Below the pieces are notes generated by a model that had not been told where the DNA came from, ran no database searches, and was given only the letters and a program-made list of their open reading frames with translations. A stretch of DNA of 33,266 nt, taken from Nitrospirales bacterium. Lineage in GTDB: Bacteria; Nitrospirota; Nitrospiria; Nitrospirales; NS-4. Each line of letters begins with the position of its first letter. Position 1 is the stretch's first letter. Below are positions 20,054 through 31,647 of the stretch, piece by piece. The DNA is taken from the NCBI GenBank assembly GCA_036170875.1, contig JAVHQA010000190.1, positions 1 to 33,266 of the forward strand. Reading direction: 5' to 3'. A program made the translations under genes and the position numbers.

Positions 20054-20176
20054 GGGCTGGAGCGGGGTCTGACTCTAACGCGGCCGTGGAGGAGCGGTTT
20101 CCGAACCGCGGGGGTACTCGTTGCTCTTCGGATGCAACGGGTCCATGGGAGCGGGAGGCAGACCCCGCGACGGGCC
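20054..20176. repeat. Copy B of the conserved structured intergenic element
   Basis: It has the same five conserved blocks as copy A. Outer stem is GCGGGGTCTG (20062-20071) paired with CAGACCCCGC (20159-20168), which has a different sequence from copy A but pairs equally well. Internal hairpins are GCGGTT-TCCG-AACCGC and GTTGC...GCAAC. Confidence 0.6.
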
Positions 20177-20181
20177 CGTTC

Positions 20182-20382
20182 TTATATCCGCCCCTTCGTC
20201 CGCTCCCCCTTGCGATGCCCACGCCCCAGGAGAAACACCGCAAACTCGCGCGCCCCCCGCATGCGCTGCTCCAGCGGCCCCTTCTTGATCTCCTCGTCCT
20301 TCAGGTGCTGCTCGAACTTCTCCAGCGCCTGCCCCATGAACTCCTCGAAGAGCGAATTGTCAAAGAGCGTTTTGATTTTCAT
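20182..20382 (-). CDS. Small hypothetical protein (66 aa), divergent from dciA
   Basis: GAAGGAG SD 4 nt upstream of the ATG. It has non-repetitive, charged helical composition. I recognise no family. Confidence 0.4.
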   Translation of the reverse strand: MKIKTLFDNSLFEEFMGQALEKFEQHLKDEEIKKGPLEQRMRGAREFAVFLLGRGHRKGERTKGRI

Positions 20383-20432
20383 CGCGGCTCCTTCGTCTTG
20401 ACGCTACCGCAGTCAGGTACTACGATAGGCCC

Positions 20433-20906
20433 ATGGCCCAGCGCCCCAGCCTGAACCCGCTGCCGGACATCCTCGCCCGGTTTCTCAAAACACACGGCAT
20501 GGCGATCCACATGCTGGAATTCAGGCTCCAGCAGCACTGGCCCGAGATCGTCGGCGAACACGTCGCACGACACACGTGGCCGGACTCCGTCCGGCACCGC
20601 AAGCTCTATCTGGTGGCCGAGAACTCCGTCTGGCTCCAGCAACTCCTCTTCCTCAAGCCGGAACTGCTCGCCAAGATCAATGCAGCGGCGGATGGCGAGG
20701 CGCTCAGCGATATCGTCCTCAGGGTCGGGACGGTGCGTCCCCCGGACGCCGGCGAAGGCCCTTTCCCCCGGCCCGCTCTCCCTGAACAGAAGGAAGCGGA
20801 CGTCAGTGCGGAAACGCGCGCCGAGATCGCGGTGGCGGTGCAAGCCGTCATCGATCCTGATCTCCAGGCGCGCCTGAAGACGCTCTTCTCGAAATCTGCG
20901 CCCTAG
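20433..20906 (+). CDS. dciA: DUF721 protein, a DciA-type replicative helicase loader/operator
   Basis: LQQHWPEIVGEHVARHTWPDSVRHRKLYLVAENSVWLQQLLFLKPELLAKIN fits the DUF721 pattern W..IVG..la.ht.p..l..g.L.v.v.s..w..eL. It sits next to the replication genes. Confidence 0.75.
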   Translation: MAQRPSLNPLPDILARFLKTHGMAIHMLEFRLQQHWPEIVGEHVARHTWPDSVRHRKLYLVAENSVWLQQLLFLKPELLAKINAAADGEALSDIVLRVGTVRPPDAGEGPFPRPALPEQKEADVSAETRAEIAVAVQAVIDPDLQARLKTLFSKSAP

Positions 20907-21424
20907 CCGCCGCCGACCTTCCCCTGAAAAATGATCTTGCTTCCCATCGCGGCAAACTCCGTCTCGGTCGTGAGCCGATAGATCCCTCGCACGCCGCGCT
21001 CAAAGCTGGATTGGGCGAGGGGATCCGCTCCACGCACGTACTCGTTGAGCGAGGACTCGTCCGCCAGGCCGGCATTGTCGAAAACATAGATGGTCACACG
21101 TTGGTAGCGGCCGGCTGGATCGCCGGGTGTCGTGGGCTTGATCTTGAGGTGGGCGAATCCGTCCCGGTTTCCGTGGCCCGTGGCCTGAAACCGGACCAGC
21201 AGGGCCTCAATCTCGGGGGCCGTCGTGCGGGGCGGGACATTGACGGTCACGTGCTCCCCGTTCTGGGCCATGACGCTGTAGGGCGGGATGGAACGGTCCG
21301 GCGCGGTCAGGATCATCCCGACCACCGTGATGACGATCAGCCCGATGCAGAGCGTGAGCGCGGTCTTGACGAGGGGGTCGAGGGGCCTAGGCTCCGGGCT
21401 CGTCTCCATTGGTCTTGTCCTCAC
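20903..21424 (-). CDS. Hypothetical single-pass membrane protein. The start is uncertain, with an alternative Met at 21409.
   Basis: One hydrophobic helix ([18 protein letters not shown]) followed by a soluble domain of about 130 aa. It overlaps the gyrA 3' end. Confidence 0.5.
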   Translation of the reverse strand: MRTRPMETSPEPRPLDPLVKTALTLCIGLIVITVVGMILTAPDRSIPPYSVMAQNGEHVTVNVPPRTTAPEIEALLVRFQATGHGNRDGFAHLKIKPTTPGDPAGRYQRVTIYVFDNAGLADESSLNEYVRGADPLAQSSFERGVRGIYRLTTETEFAAMGSKIIFQGKVGGG

Positions 21425-23867
21425 CAGCGGCCTCGCCCACGGACTCGGCCAGCTTCGCCACGCCCACCACGCGATCGGCCTCCTCCATGTCGATCAGTCG
21501 CACCCCCTGCGCATTCCGGCCGATCTCGCGCACGTCGTCCACCTTGGTGCGGAGAATCTTGCCCTCGGCCGTCATCACCATGATCTCGTCCCCGTCGCGG
21601 ACCTGATGAAACGAGACCGCCGGCCCGTTCCTGTCGGTCACCTTGACACTGATGATGCCTCGGCCGGCCCGACCCTGGAGGCGGTACTCGCTCACGAGCG
21701 TACGCTTTCCGTAACCGCGTTCCGTAACGGTGAGAATGGACGCGGTGGAGTCGGGCGTGATCGTCTCCATCCCGATCACGTAATTCCCTTCATCCAGCGT
21801 GATGCCGCGCACGCCGTGGGCGGTGCGGCCCATCGAGCGGGCATCCTCCTCCTTGAAGCGGATGACGATGCCATCGCGTGTGCCCAGCAGAATCTGCCTC
21901 TGGCCGTCGGTGATTTCCACGCCGATCAGCTTGTCGCCCTCGTCCAGCGTGAGCGCGATGATGCCGCCCTGGCGGGGATTCCCGTACGCCGACAGCTCCG
22001 TTTTCTTGATGACCCCCTGCCGCGTGGCCATGACGACGTAGCGGTCCTCGCAAAACTCTTTCACGGGCAGGGTGGCTGTCACCTTCTCGTCGCCAGCGAG
22101 CGCCAGCAGGTTGACCATCGCCTTGCCCTTGGCAACGCGGCCGGCCTCGGGAATCTCGTGCACTTTGAGCCAGTAGACCTTGCCCGCGTCGGTGAAGAAC
22201 AAGAGATAGTCATGTGTGGAGGCCGTGAAGAGCGTTTCGACGAAGTCCTCCTCCTTGATCCCCATGCCGATCTTGCCCTTTCCGCCGCGGCGCTGGGCCC
22301 GGTAGAGGGAGACGGGATTGCGCTTGATGTAGCCGGTGTGGGAGACGGTCACCACCACCTCCTCCTGCGCAATCAGGTCCTCGACGTTGATCTCCGCCTC
22401 TTCGGGAACGATCTGTGTCCGCCGCTTGTCCTTGTACTCCTCCTTGATGGCCAGAATCTCGTCCTTGATGATTTGCCGGACCAGGGCCTCGGAGCCCAGG
22501 ATGGACTTGAGGTAGGCAATGCGCTTGATGATCTCCTCATACTCCTGCGTCAGCTTATCGCGCTCCAGCTGCGTGAGCCGCTGCAGCTTCATGTCCAGGA
22601 TGGCGGTGGCCTGGATTTCCGACAGGGCGAACTCCCGCATCAAGCCCCCGCGCGCCTCCTCCGGTGAGCGCGAGCGCCTGATCAGGGCGATCACGGCATC
22701 CAGATGATCCAGCGCGATCTTGAGGCCTTCGAGGATATGGGCCCGCTCCTCGGCTTTGCGCAGGTCGAACGCCGTCCGGCGCAGCACGACCTCGCGCCGG
22801 TGCTCGACAAAGGCTTCCAGGATCTGCTTGAGGGTCAGGACCTCCGGCCGGTTGTGGACCAGCGCCAGCATGATCACGCCGAACGTGCTTTGCATCGGCG
22901 TGTGCTTATACAGGTTGTTGAGCAGCACGAGCGGGATCTCGCCCTTCTTCAGCTCGATCACGATCCGCATGCCGTCCCGGTCCGACTCGTCGCGGAGGTC
23001 CGAAATGCCTTCGATGCGCTTGTCCCGGATCAGCTCGGCGATTTTCTCGATCAGGCGCGCCTTGTTGACCTGATAGGGGATCTCCGTGACGATGATGCGG
23101 TCGCGGTCGGTGCGCTCGTCGGTCTCAATGCTCGCCTTGGCACGGAGCGTCAGCAACCCGCGCCCTGTGTGGTAGGCGTCCTTGATGCCCTGCTTGCCGT
23201 AGATGTAGCCGGCGGTGGGAAAGTCCGGGCCCGGAATCACCTCCATGAGCTGCGCGATCGTCGTCTCCGGGTTGTCGAGCAGCTTGAGGAGGCCCGCCAC
23301 CACCTCGGCGATGTTGTGGGTCGGAATGTTCGTCGCGTAGCCGACCGCGATGCCGCTGGCGCCGTTGACGAGAAGGTTGGGCACCTTGGCCGGCAGGACC
23401 ACCGGCTCGACACGCGATTCGTCGTAGTTGGGGCGGAAGTCGACGGTCTCCTTGTCGATGTCCGCCAGCATTTCCTCGGCGAGCTTCGTGAGGCGCGCCT
23501 CGGTGTACCGCATGGCGGCCGGCGGATCGCCGTCCACCGAGCCGAAGTTCCCCTGGCCGTCCACCAGGCAATAGCGCATGTTGAAGCCCTGCGCCATGCG
23601 GACCATGGTGTCGTAGATCGCCGAATCGCCATGAGGGTGATAGTTCCCCATGATTTCGCCGACGATCTTGGCGGACTTGCGGTAGGCCCGGTTGTGGGCC
23701 AGGCCCATCTCGTTCATGCCGTACAGGATCCGGCGATGGACCGGCTTCAGCCCGTCCCGGACGTCCGGCAGGGCGCGCCCCACGATCACGCTCATCGCGT
23801 AATCGAGGTAGGACGAGCGCATCTCGTCCTCGATGGCGATCTGCGTCAATCTCTCGTCAACCGGCAT
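21387..23867 (-). CDS. gyrA: DNA gyrase subunit A
   Basis: [23 protein letters not shown], the RYTEARL catalytic Tyr region, and C-terminal beta-pinwheel repeats. 826 aa. Confidence 0.98.
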   Translation of the reverse strand: MPVDERLTQIAIEDEMRSSYLDYAMSVIVGRALPDVRDGLKPVHRRILYGMNEMGLAHNRAYRKSAKIVGEIMGNYHPHGDSAIYDTMVRMAQGFNMRYCLVDGQGNFGSVDGDPPAAMRYTEARLTKLAEEMLADIDKETVDFRPNYDESRVEPVVLPAKVPNLLVNGASGIAVGYATNIPTHNIAEVVAGLLKLLDNPETTIAQLMEVIPGPDFPTAGYIYGKQGIKDAYHTGRGLLTLRAKASIETDERTDRDRIIVTEIPYQVNKARLIEKIAELIRDKRIEGISDLRDESDRDGMRIVIELKKGEIPLVLLNNLYKHTPMQSTFGVIMLALVHNRPEVLTLKQILEAFVEHRREVVLRRTAFDLRKAEERAHILEGLKIALDHLDAVIALIRRSRSPEEARGGLMREFALSEIQATAILDMKLQRLTQLERDKLTQEYEEIIKRIAYLKSILGSEALVRQIIKDEILAIKEEYKDKRRTQIVPEEAEINVEDLIAQEEVVVTVSHTGYIKRNPVSLYRAQRRGGKGKIGMGIKEEDFVETLFTASTHDYLLFFTDAGKVYWLKVHEIPEAGRVAKGKAMVNLLALAGDEKVTATLPVKEFCEDRYVVMATRQGVIKKTELSAYGNPRQGGIIALTLDEGDKLIGVEITDGQRQILLGTRDGIVIRFKEEDARSMGRTAHGVRGITLDEGNYVIGMETITPDSTASILTVTERGYGKRTLVSEYRLQGRAGRGIISVKVTDRNGPAVSFHQVRDGDEIMVMTAEGKILRTKVDDVREIGRNAQGVRLIDMEEADRVVGVAKLAESVGEAAGEDKTNGDEPGA

Positions 23868-23877
23868 CCCTTACCTC

Positions 23878-27490
<3,613 letters not shown>

Positions 27491-27509
27491 CCGCCTCCCT
27501 CCTTCTGGC

Positions 27510-28856
27510 CTATGCGCCGGTGATCTGGCGCTTCAGTTCCTCGAGCGTTCCGGCCAGGCCGGGATCGCTCTGCTTGGCTTTCTCGATTTGCTTGCACGCG
27601 TGCATGATGGTGGTGTGATCCTTGCCCCCGAAGTGTCGCGCGATTTCCGGATACGATTGCTGTGTGATCTCCCGGCACAGAAACATCGCGATCTGCCGCG
27701 GGTAGACCAGCACCCTGGTTCGCCGCTTCGACTTCATCTCTGAAATCTTGATGTGAAATTTCTCGGCCACGACCTCCTGCACGGCATCCAGCGTGATCAC
27801 GCGCTTTCTCTCGTTGATCAGTTCCTTGAGGACGCTCTGCGCCATCTCGAGCGTGATGGTCTGCCCCGTCAGCTGCGAGTAGGCGCCCAGCCTGACCAGC
27901 GAGCCTTCCAGCTCCCGGATGTTAGCCTTGATGTTGTTGGCCACGAAGTGCGCGACGTCGTTCGGGATCGCGAGACCCTCCCGGTCAGCCTTGTCCTGAA
28001 AGATGGCGATCCGCGCCTCCAACGGGTACGGCTGGATGTCGGCGACCAGGCCCCATTCCAGCCGCGAGCGGAGGCGCTCCTCCATTTCCGGCATATCTTT
28101 GGGGTAGCGATCGCTCGACACCACGATTTGCTTGCGGGCTTCGTACAGGCTGTTGAAGGTGTGAAAGAACTCTTCCTGGGTTGCCTGCTTGCCGGCGATG
28201 AACTGGATGTCGTCCACCAGCAGCATGTCGATGTTCCGGTAGCGCCGCCGGACGTCGATCATCTTGTCGTAGCGGATGCCGTTGATGACTTCGTTGGTGA
28301 ACTGCTCCGAGGTGACGTAGGCAATCCGGAGGTCTGTATGCTCCAGGACGAAGTTGCCGATGGCATGCATCAGATGCGTCTTGCCCAGACCCACCCCTCC
28401 GTAGATCAGCAGGGGGTTGTAGGACGTCGCCGGCGATTCAGCGACCTTGAGGCAGGCCGCCCGCACTAACTGATTGTTTGAAGCGGCCACGAAAGACGAA
28501 AACACATACCGGGGGTTCAAATGCGACGGCCGCTTGCCACGCGTGGAAACCGTGCCTGGCACACGCTCAATCGTCTCCGGTACGGGCTCTTTCCCTTTCG
28601 CTTCCGTCTCTGAAATGGTATACGCCACCCTCAAACCCCTATTGTCGGCTACTTGCCCAAGCACCTCTTCTAAAATCGTCTGATAGTGTTCCCTTATCCA
28701 GTCCCTGAAGAAACGATTCGGTACCCGTAGTGTTGCCTCATAATCGCTTATATTTTCGATAGATAGGTCCTGAAACCAGGTTTCGTAGACATCCTTTGAT
28801 ACCCGGTCTTTGAGAATCCCGGTGCTCTCCTGCCATAAAGTTGATGCGTCCACCAA
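27510..28856 (-). CDS. dnaA: Chromosomal replication initiator DnaA, with a non-ATG start (TTG at 28856 or GTG at 28853)
   Basis: Walker A GGVGLGKTHL and the C-terminal DNA-binding helix DHTTIMHACKQIE. An AAGGA SD is 3 nt from the TTG and 6 nt from the GTG. Confidence 0.97.
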   Translation of the reverse strand: MVDASTLWQESTGILKDRVSKDVYETWFQDLSIENISDYEATLRVPNRFFRDWIREHYQTILEEVLGQVADNRGLRVAYTISETEAKGKEPVPETIERVPGTVSTRGKRPSHLNPRYVFSSFVAASNNQLVRAACLKVAESPATSYNPLLIYGGVGLGKTHLMHAIGNFVLEHTDLRIAYVTSEQFTNEVINGIRYDKMIDVRRRYRNIDMLLVDDIQFIAGKQATQEEFFHTFNSLYEARKQIVVSSDRYPKDMPEMEERLRSRLEWGLVADIQPYPLEARIAIFQDKADREGLAIPNDVAHFVANNIKANIRELEGSLVRLGAYSQLTGQTITLEMAQSVLKELINERKRVITLDAVQEVVAEKFHIKISEMKSKRRTRVLVYPRQIAMFLCREITQQSYPEIARHFGGKDHTTIMHACKQIEKAKQSDPGLAGTLEELKRQITGA

Positions 28857-28886
28857 GAATCCTTATTTTTCAAGAAGTCCACAAGT

Positions 28887-28895
28887 CTTTCCACA
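28887..28895 (+). promoter_or_regulatory. Degenerate DnaA box CTTTCCACA (7/9 match)
   Basis: It forms an inverted pair with the perfect box 2 nt away (TCCACA-cc-TGTGGA). Confidence 0.4.
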
Positions 28896-28897
28896 CC

Positions 28898-28906
28898 TGT
28901 GGATAA
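28898..28906 (-). promoter_or_regulatory. Perfect DnaA box TGTGGATAA (the reverse complement of TTATCCACA)
   Basis: Exact 9-mer, 42 bp upstream of the dnaA start. Confidence 0.75.
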
Positions 28907-28920
28907 ATATTACTAGCTGG

Positions 28921-29122
28921 TTTCGTTCTCACTGTCACTCTTCCTCCCTATTCTTGCCATACCCTTCTCATCTGCAGGATATCCTCTCTCCTCACAGACG
29001 GTCTTCCACTATATCTTCTATGACACACGAGACGCCTATGTTGTTACGTGCCTTTTCGTTTTTCTTCTTATACCCTTCACCCACAACCACTTCTTCTTCT
29101 TTCTTCTCCTACTCTCTTTCTT
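28921..29122. other. Polypyrimidine (plus strand) / polypurine (minus strand) low-GC tract between the dsrH-like gene and dnaA
   Basis: Hand counts of plus-strand pyrimidines: 77% (28921-28980), 63% (28981-29040), 80% (29041-29100). It contains TTCTTCTTCTTTCTTCTCC runs and ends in the AT-rich TTCAATATATAATT. Confidence 0.7.
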
Positions 29123-29157
29123 CAATATATAATTCGGAAGAGAAGAACACGTCCCCA

Positions 29158-29403
29158 TCACCACGCGATAACGTGGTCCGCTTCAAAGATGAGCGAAACC
29201 AACCGGTCGTACGAAATACTATTGCCACTCTGCGGGGTGGCGCTCTCTACTACGCGATAGACCGTGCATCTGGGAAGGTCTGGCAGTGTAGAGCAGGGAG
29301 ACAGCATAACAACCACAGGAGGGGTTGTTTGGGGAGACAATGGAACAGACAGAACACTGAAAGCCAAAGGAGTGACGGGGTCTTTAAGTAAGTGCAGCGT
29401 CAT
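29158..29403 (-). CDS. DsrH/TusB-family small protein
   Basis: N-terminal MTLHLL. The C-terminal ISYDRLVSLIFEADHVIAW matches the DsrH/TusB tail pattern (v.Y..fv.L....d.v.aW). Third gene of the cassette. Confidence 0.55.
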   Translation of the reverse strand: MTLHLLKDPVTPLAFSVLSVPLSPQTTPPVVVMLSPCSTLPDLPRCTVYRVVESATPQSGNSISYDRLVSLIFEADHVIAW

Positions 29404-29412
29404 TTGTTCAGG

Positions 29413-29775
29413 CTACGAGAAGATGAGGACACGATCAGTAAGCTCCAAAGTAGCGGCAAGATCAGAAAGGGAAATTGGTGTGGTTCTACAACCTTGAATG
29501 TAGAAGGGAGGAACATCAGCATCGGCGGCGATGGAGAAGGAAGTCCCCCACTCAATAAAAACGGGAAGATGTTTCTCAAGGATTTCTCCGTCTACTATGT
29601 CACTCGTGTCTTCAGTGAGAAGGAAGGGAGCCCGCCCACTCAAAATAATAGAGACATCCACTCCTTCATTGTGAGAGCCCAAACCCAAGGCAATGCGGAG
29701 GGCCTCAACAGCCCTATGATCTTTCATGGGATCGACAGCAATAAGGACCACGATCTTTGGTGAAGGAATTTTCAT
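29413..29775 (-). CDS. DsrF/TusC-like (DsrE superfamily) protein
   Basis: 120 aa. KIVVLIAV...AVEALRIALGL...VSIILSGRAPFLL...DRVLIFS resembles the DsrE/F fold pattern. Middle gene of the cassette. Confidence 0.55.
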   Translation of the reverse strand: MKIPSPKIVVLIAVDPMKDHRAVEALRIALGLGSHNEGVDVSIILSGRAPFLLTEDTSDIVDGEILEKHLPVFIEWGTSFSIAADADVPPFYIQGCRTTPISLSDLAATLELTDRVLIFS

Positions 29776-29784
29776 AAGAAAAGG

Positions 29785-30099
29785 TCAATTTAAGGCCACA
29801 AAACGATCACAACTTGAAACGATGTTGGAAAGAACCACTAAACCACAATAGGTGGCTTTATCATCTTTTCTAGCCACACCATGTTGTTGAGCACCGTAGG
29901 CGCAAGCGAATAATTTCAAGCCGGAGGCGCGTAGGGGCTGGAGACGAGGATCATCAACAACAAGAACCCCCTCGTCGATCAAGTAGAGATAGACATCGAC
30001 ACTGGCCTTGAGCGCTGCATCAGAAAGGTTGATCGCCGTAGAAATATTTGTACTGGACGGGCCTGTGGATAGAAGAATACCTAGGGCTCTTTTTTTCAT
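29785..30099 (-). CDS. DsrE/TusD-like sulfurtransferase-family protein
   Basis: 104 aa. LGILLSTGP...VYLYLIDEGVL...LFACAYGAQQHGV has a Cys at the conserved position. C-terminal CDRFVAL. Confidence 0.6.
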   Translation of the reverse strand: MKKRALGILLSTGPSSTNISTAINLSDAALKASVDVYLYLIDEGVLVVDDPRLQPLRASGLKLFACAYGAQQHGVARKDDKATYCGLVVLSNIVSSCDRFVALN

Positions 30100-30255
30100 C
30101 GCATATACACAGGGCAGTTGGATTCGTAACTAAGCAGGATTATAAGAGATTTTAATAAATACAACACGAAAAAATCTACCATAAAAAGTAGCCGAGAGTC
30201 AATGAAAAAGTGCGAGAAAAACAGAAGAGACAGGCGGCGAAAATAATAGATGAAA

Positions 30256-31614
30256 CTACGCGGGGGTCTTGCCGTTCAGGAGGGCTATGAACTCAGCCAA
30301 AGGCATAGTCAAATCACGCCTTTCCGAGAGGTGGCGGACGGTCACCGTCAAGGTGGCTTCCTCAAAGCTTCGGATAGCCCACTTAATACATGAGGCCTCC
30401 GCATACTTGAACTGCTTCCCCGGATCATCCCGATCGAGGTACGTTTCGAGACAAATGCCGGCATTCCGGAGCCGTTCAGCTTGTTGCTGGAGGAGGCCGC
30501 TGGATCGGCCGTCGTTGACAAGCAGAACCCGCGGCATCGCGACGGTAGTAGGGCCCTCTTTGCGCTCCTGCAGGATGGAGAGGATTCGCTCGAAGCCGAG
30601 CGAGCAGCCGACGGCCGGGATGTCTTTCCCGGCAAAACGCCCGATCAAGCCGTCGTAGCGACCGCCTCCGAGGATAGACGACGGGTACCCTTCCACCACG
30701 GCTTCGTAAACGGGACCCGTGTAGTAGTCCATGCCGCGGACGAGGATCGGGTCAATCACGATAGAAGACGTCGGGTTGATCCCCTTCACCGCCGCCTCTA
30801 TGTTGTGCAGGTTCCCCAGGGCCGCATCAATGTTCTTCCGCACGGCAGGGGCTATCTTCTTGAGAAAGTCTTTAAAGAGCTCGCTTCTACCGGACGCGGG
30901 GAGGCCGTGCGCGTGCTCAACGAATTGCCGCACATTGTCGGCAGCGTGCGTCCCTGCCAGGCCGGACTTTTGAAACTCTGACAAGAGCTGCTCTTTCTCT
31001 ATCTTGTCCATTTTGTCGAGGAGGATGGTCAGCGGGCCGAGGTCCTCCGCGAGCACGCCCATGCCCTGGAAGAGCAGAGGCAGAAGGTTCTTGTCGCTCA
31101 ACCGGAAACAATAGTTCCCGAGGTTCAGCTCTTTCAGCACCCGCTCTGTCGCGGTGATGATTTCAACTTCGTAATCCGGCGACGCCCCGCCGACCACGTC
31201 GATGTCGCATTGATAAAACTCGCGAAACCGCCCCTTCTGCGGGCGATCAGCGCGCCAGACCGGCGCAATGTGGTAGCGGCGGAAGACTTTGGGGAGCTTC
31301 CCCTGGTGCGTCGCGACGAACCGCGCGAGCGGCACGGTCAGGTCGAACCGCAGGCCCTGGTCCGCAAGATCGCCGCCGGCCGCCTGCGCGTCGGCGAGCT
31401 TCTCCCCCCGCTTCAGGATCTTGAACAGGAGCTTCTCGTTTTCCCCGCCGCCCTTGCCGAGCAGGACGGAGAGGTCTTCCATGACGGGGGTGTCAATCGG
31501 AAGGTAGCCGTAGAGCCGGTAGACCTTGCCGATGGTTTCCATCAGGTGCTGGCGGAGCAGCGCGTCCTGAGGCAGCCAGTCGCGCATGCCGGTAAGGGGG
31601 CCGATCGAGGACAT
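30256..31614 (-). CDS. hisS: Histidine--tRNA ligase
   Basis: Class II motif 2 RYHIAPVWRADRPQKGRFREFYQCD, motif 3 GGGRYDGL, and a C-terminal anticodon-binding domain, so it is not HisZ. Confidence 0.88.
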   Translation of the reverse strand: MSSIGPLTGMRDWLPQDALLRQHLMETIGKVYRLYGYLPIDTPVMEDLSVLLGKGGGENEKLLFKILKRGEKLADAQAAGGDLADQGLRFDLTVPLARFVATHQGKLPKVFRRYHIAPVWRADRPQKGRFREFYQCDIDVVGGASPDYEVEIITATERVLKELNLGNYCFRLSDKNLLPLLFQGMGVLAEDLGPLTILLDKMDKIEKEQLLSEFQKSGLAGTHAADNVRQFVEHAHGLPASGRSELFKDFLKKIAPAVRKNIDAALGNLHNIEAAVKGINPTSSIVIDPILVRGMDYYTGPVYEAVVEGYPSSILGGGRYDGLIGRFAGKDIPAVGCSLGFERILSILQERKEGPTTVAMPRVLLVNDGRSSGLLQQQAERLRNAGICLETYLDRDDPGKQFKYAEASCIKWAIRSFEEATLTVTVRHLSERRDLTMPLAEFIALLNGKTPA

Positions 31615-31647
31615 CGGGGCGTATCCTAGCGGCTTCTTAGGCGGCTA

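Noticed and set aside
19555-20243. ORFs of 146 aa (plus strand, 19555-19995) and 137 aa (minus strand, 19830-20243) covering the ssrA locus
   Set aside because: They overlap a well-supported tmRNA and the intergenic repeat, and they show no coding features.
28921-29122. The purine-rich minus-strand tract as a CsrA/RsmA-sponging sRNA (several GGA/AGGA motifs), or as DnaA-trio repeats
   Set aside because: I could not place the GGA motifs in hairpin loops. I saw no regular trinucleotide periodicity next to the DnaA box. It is kept only as a composition feature.
28810-29391. A 193-aa plus-strand ORF spanning the dnaA upstream gap and the dsrH-like gene
   Set aside because: Its translation is low-complexity and rich in Ser, Pro, Phe, Leu and Thr, a direct product of the polypyrimidine tract. 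It overlaps the dnaA 5' end and runs antisense to a gene with a family-like C-terminus.
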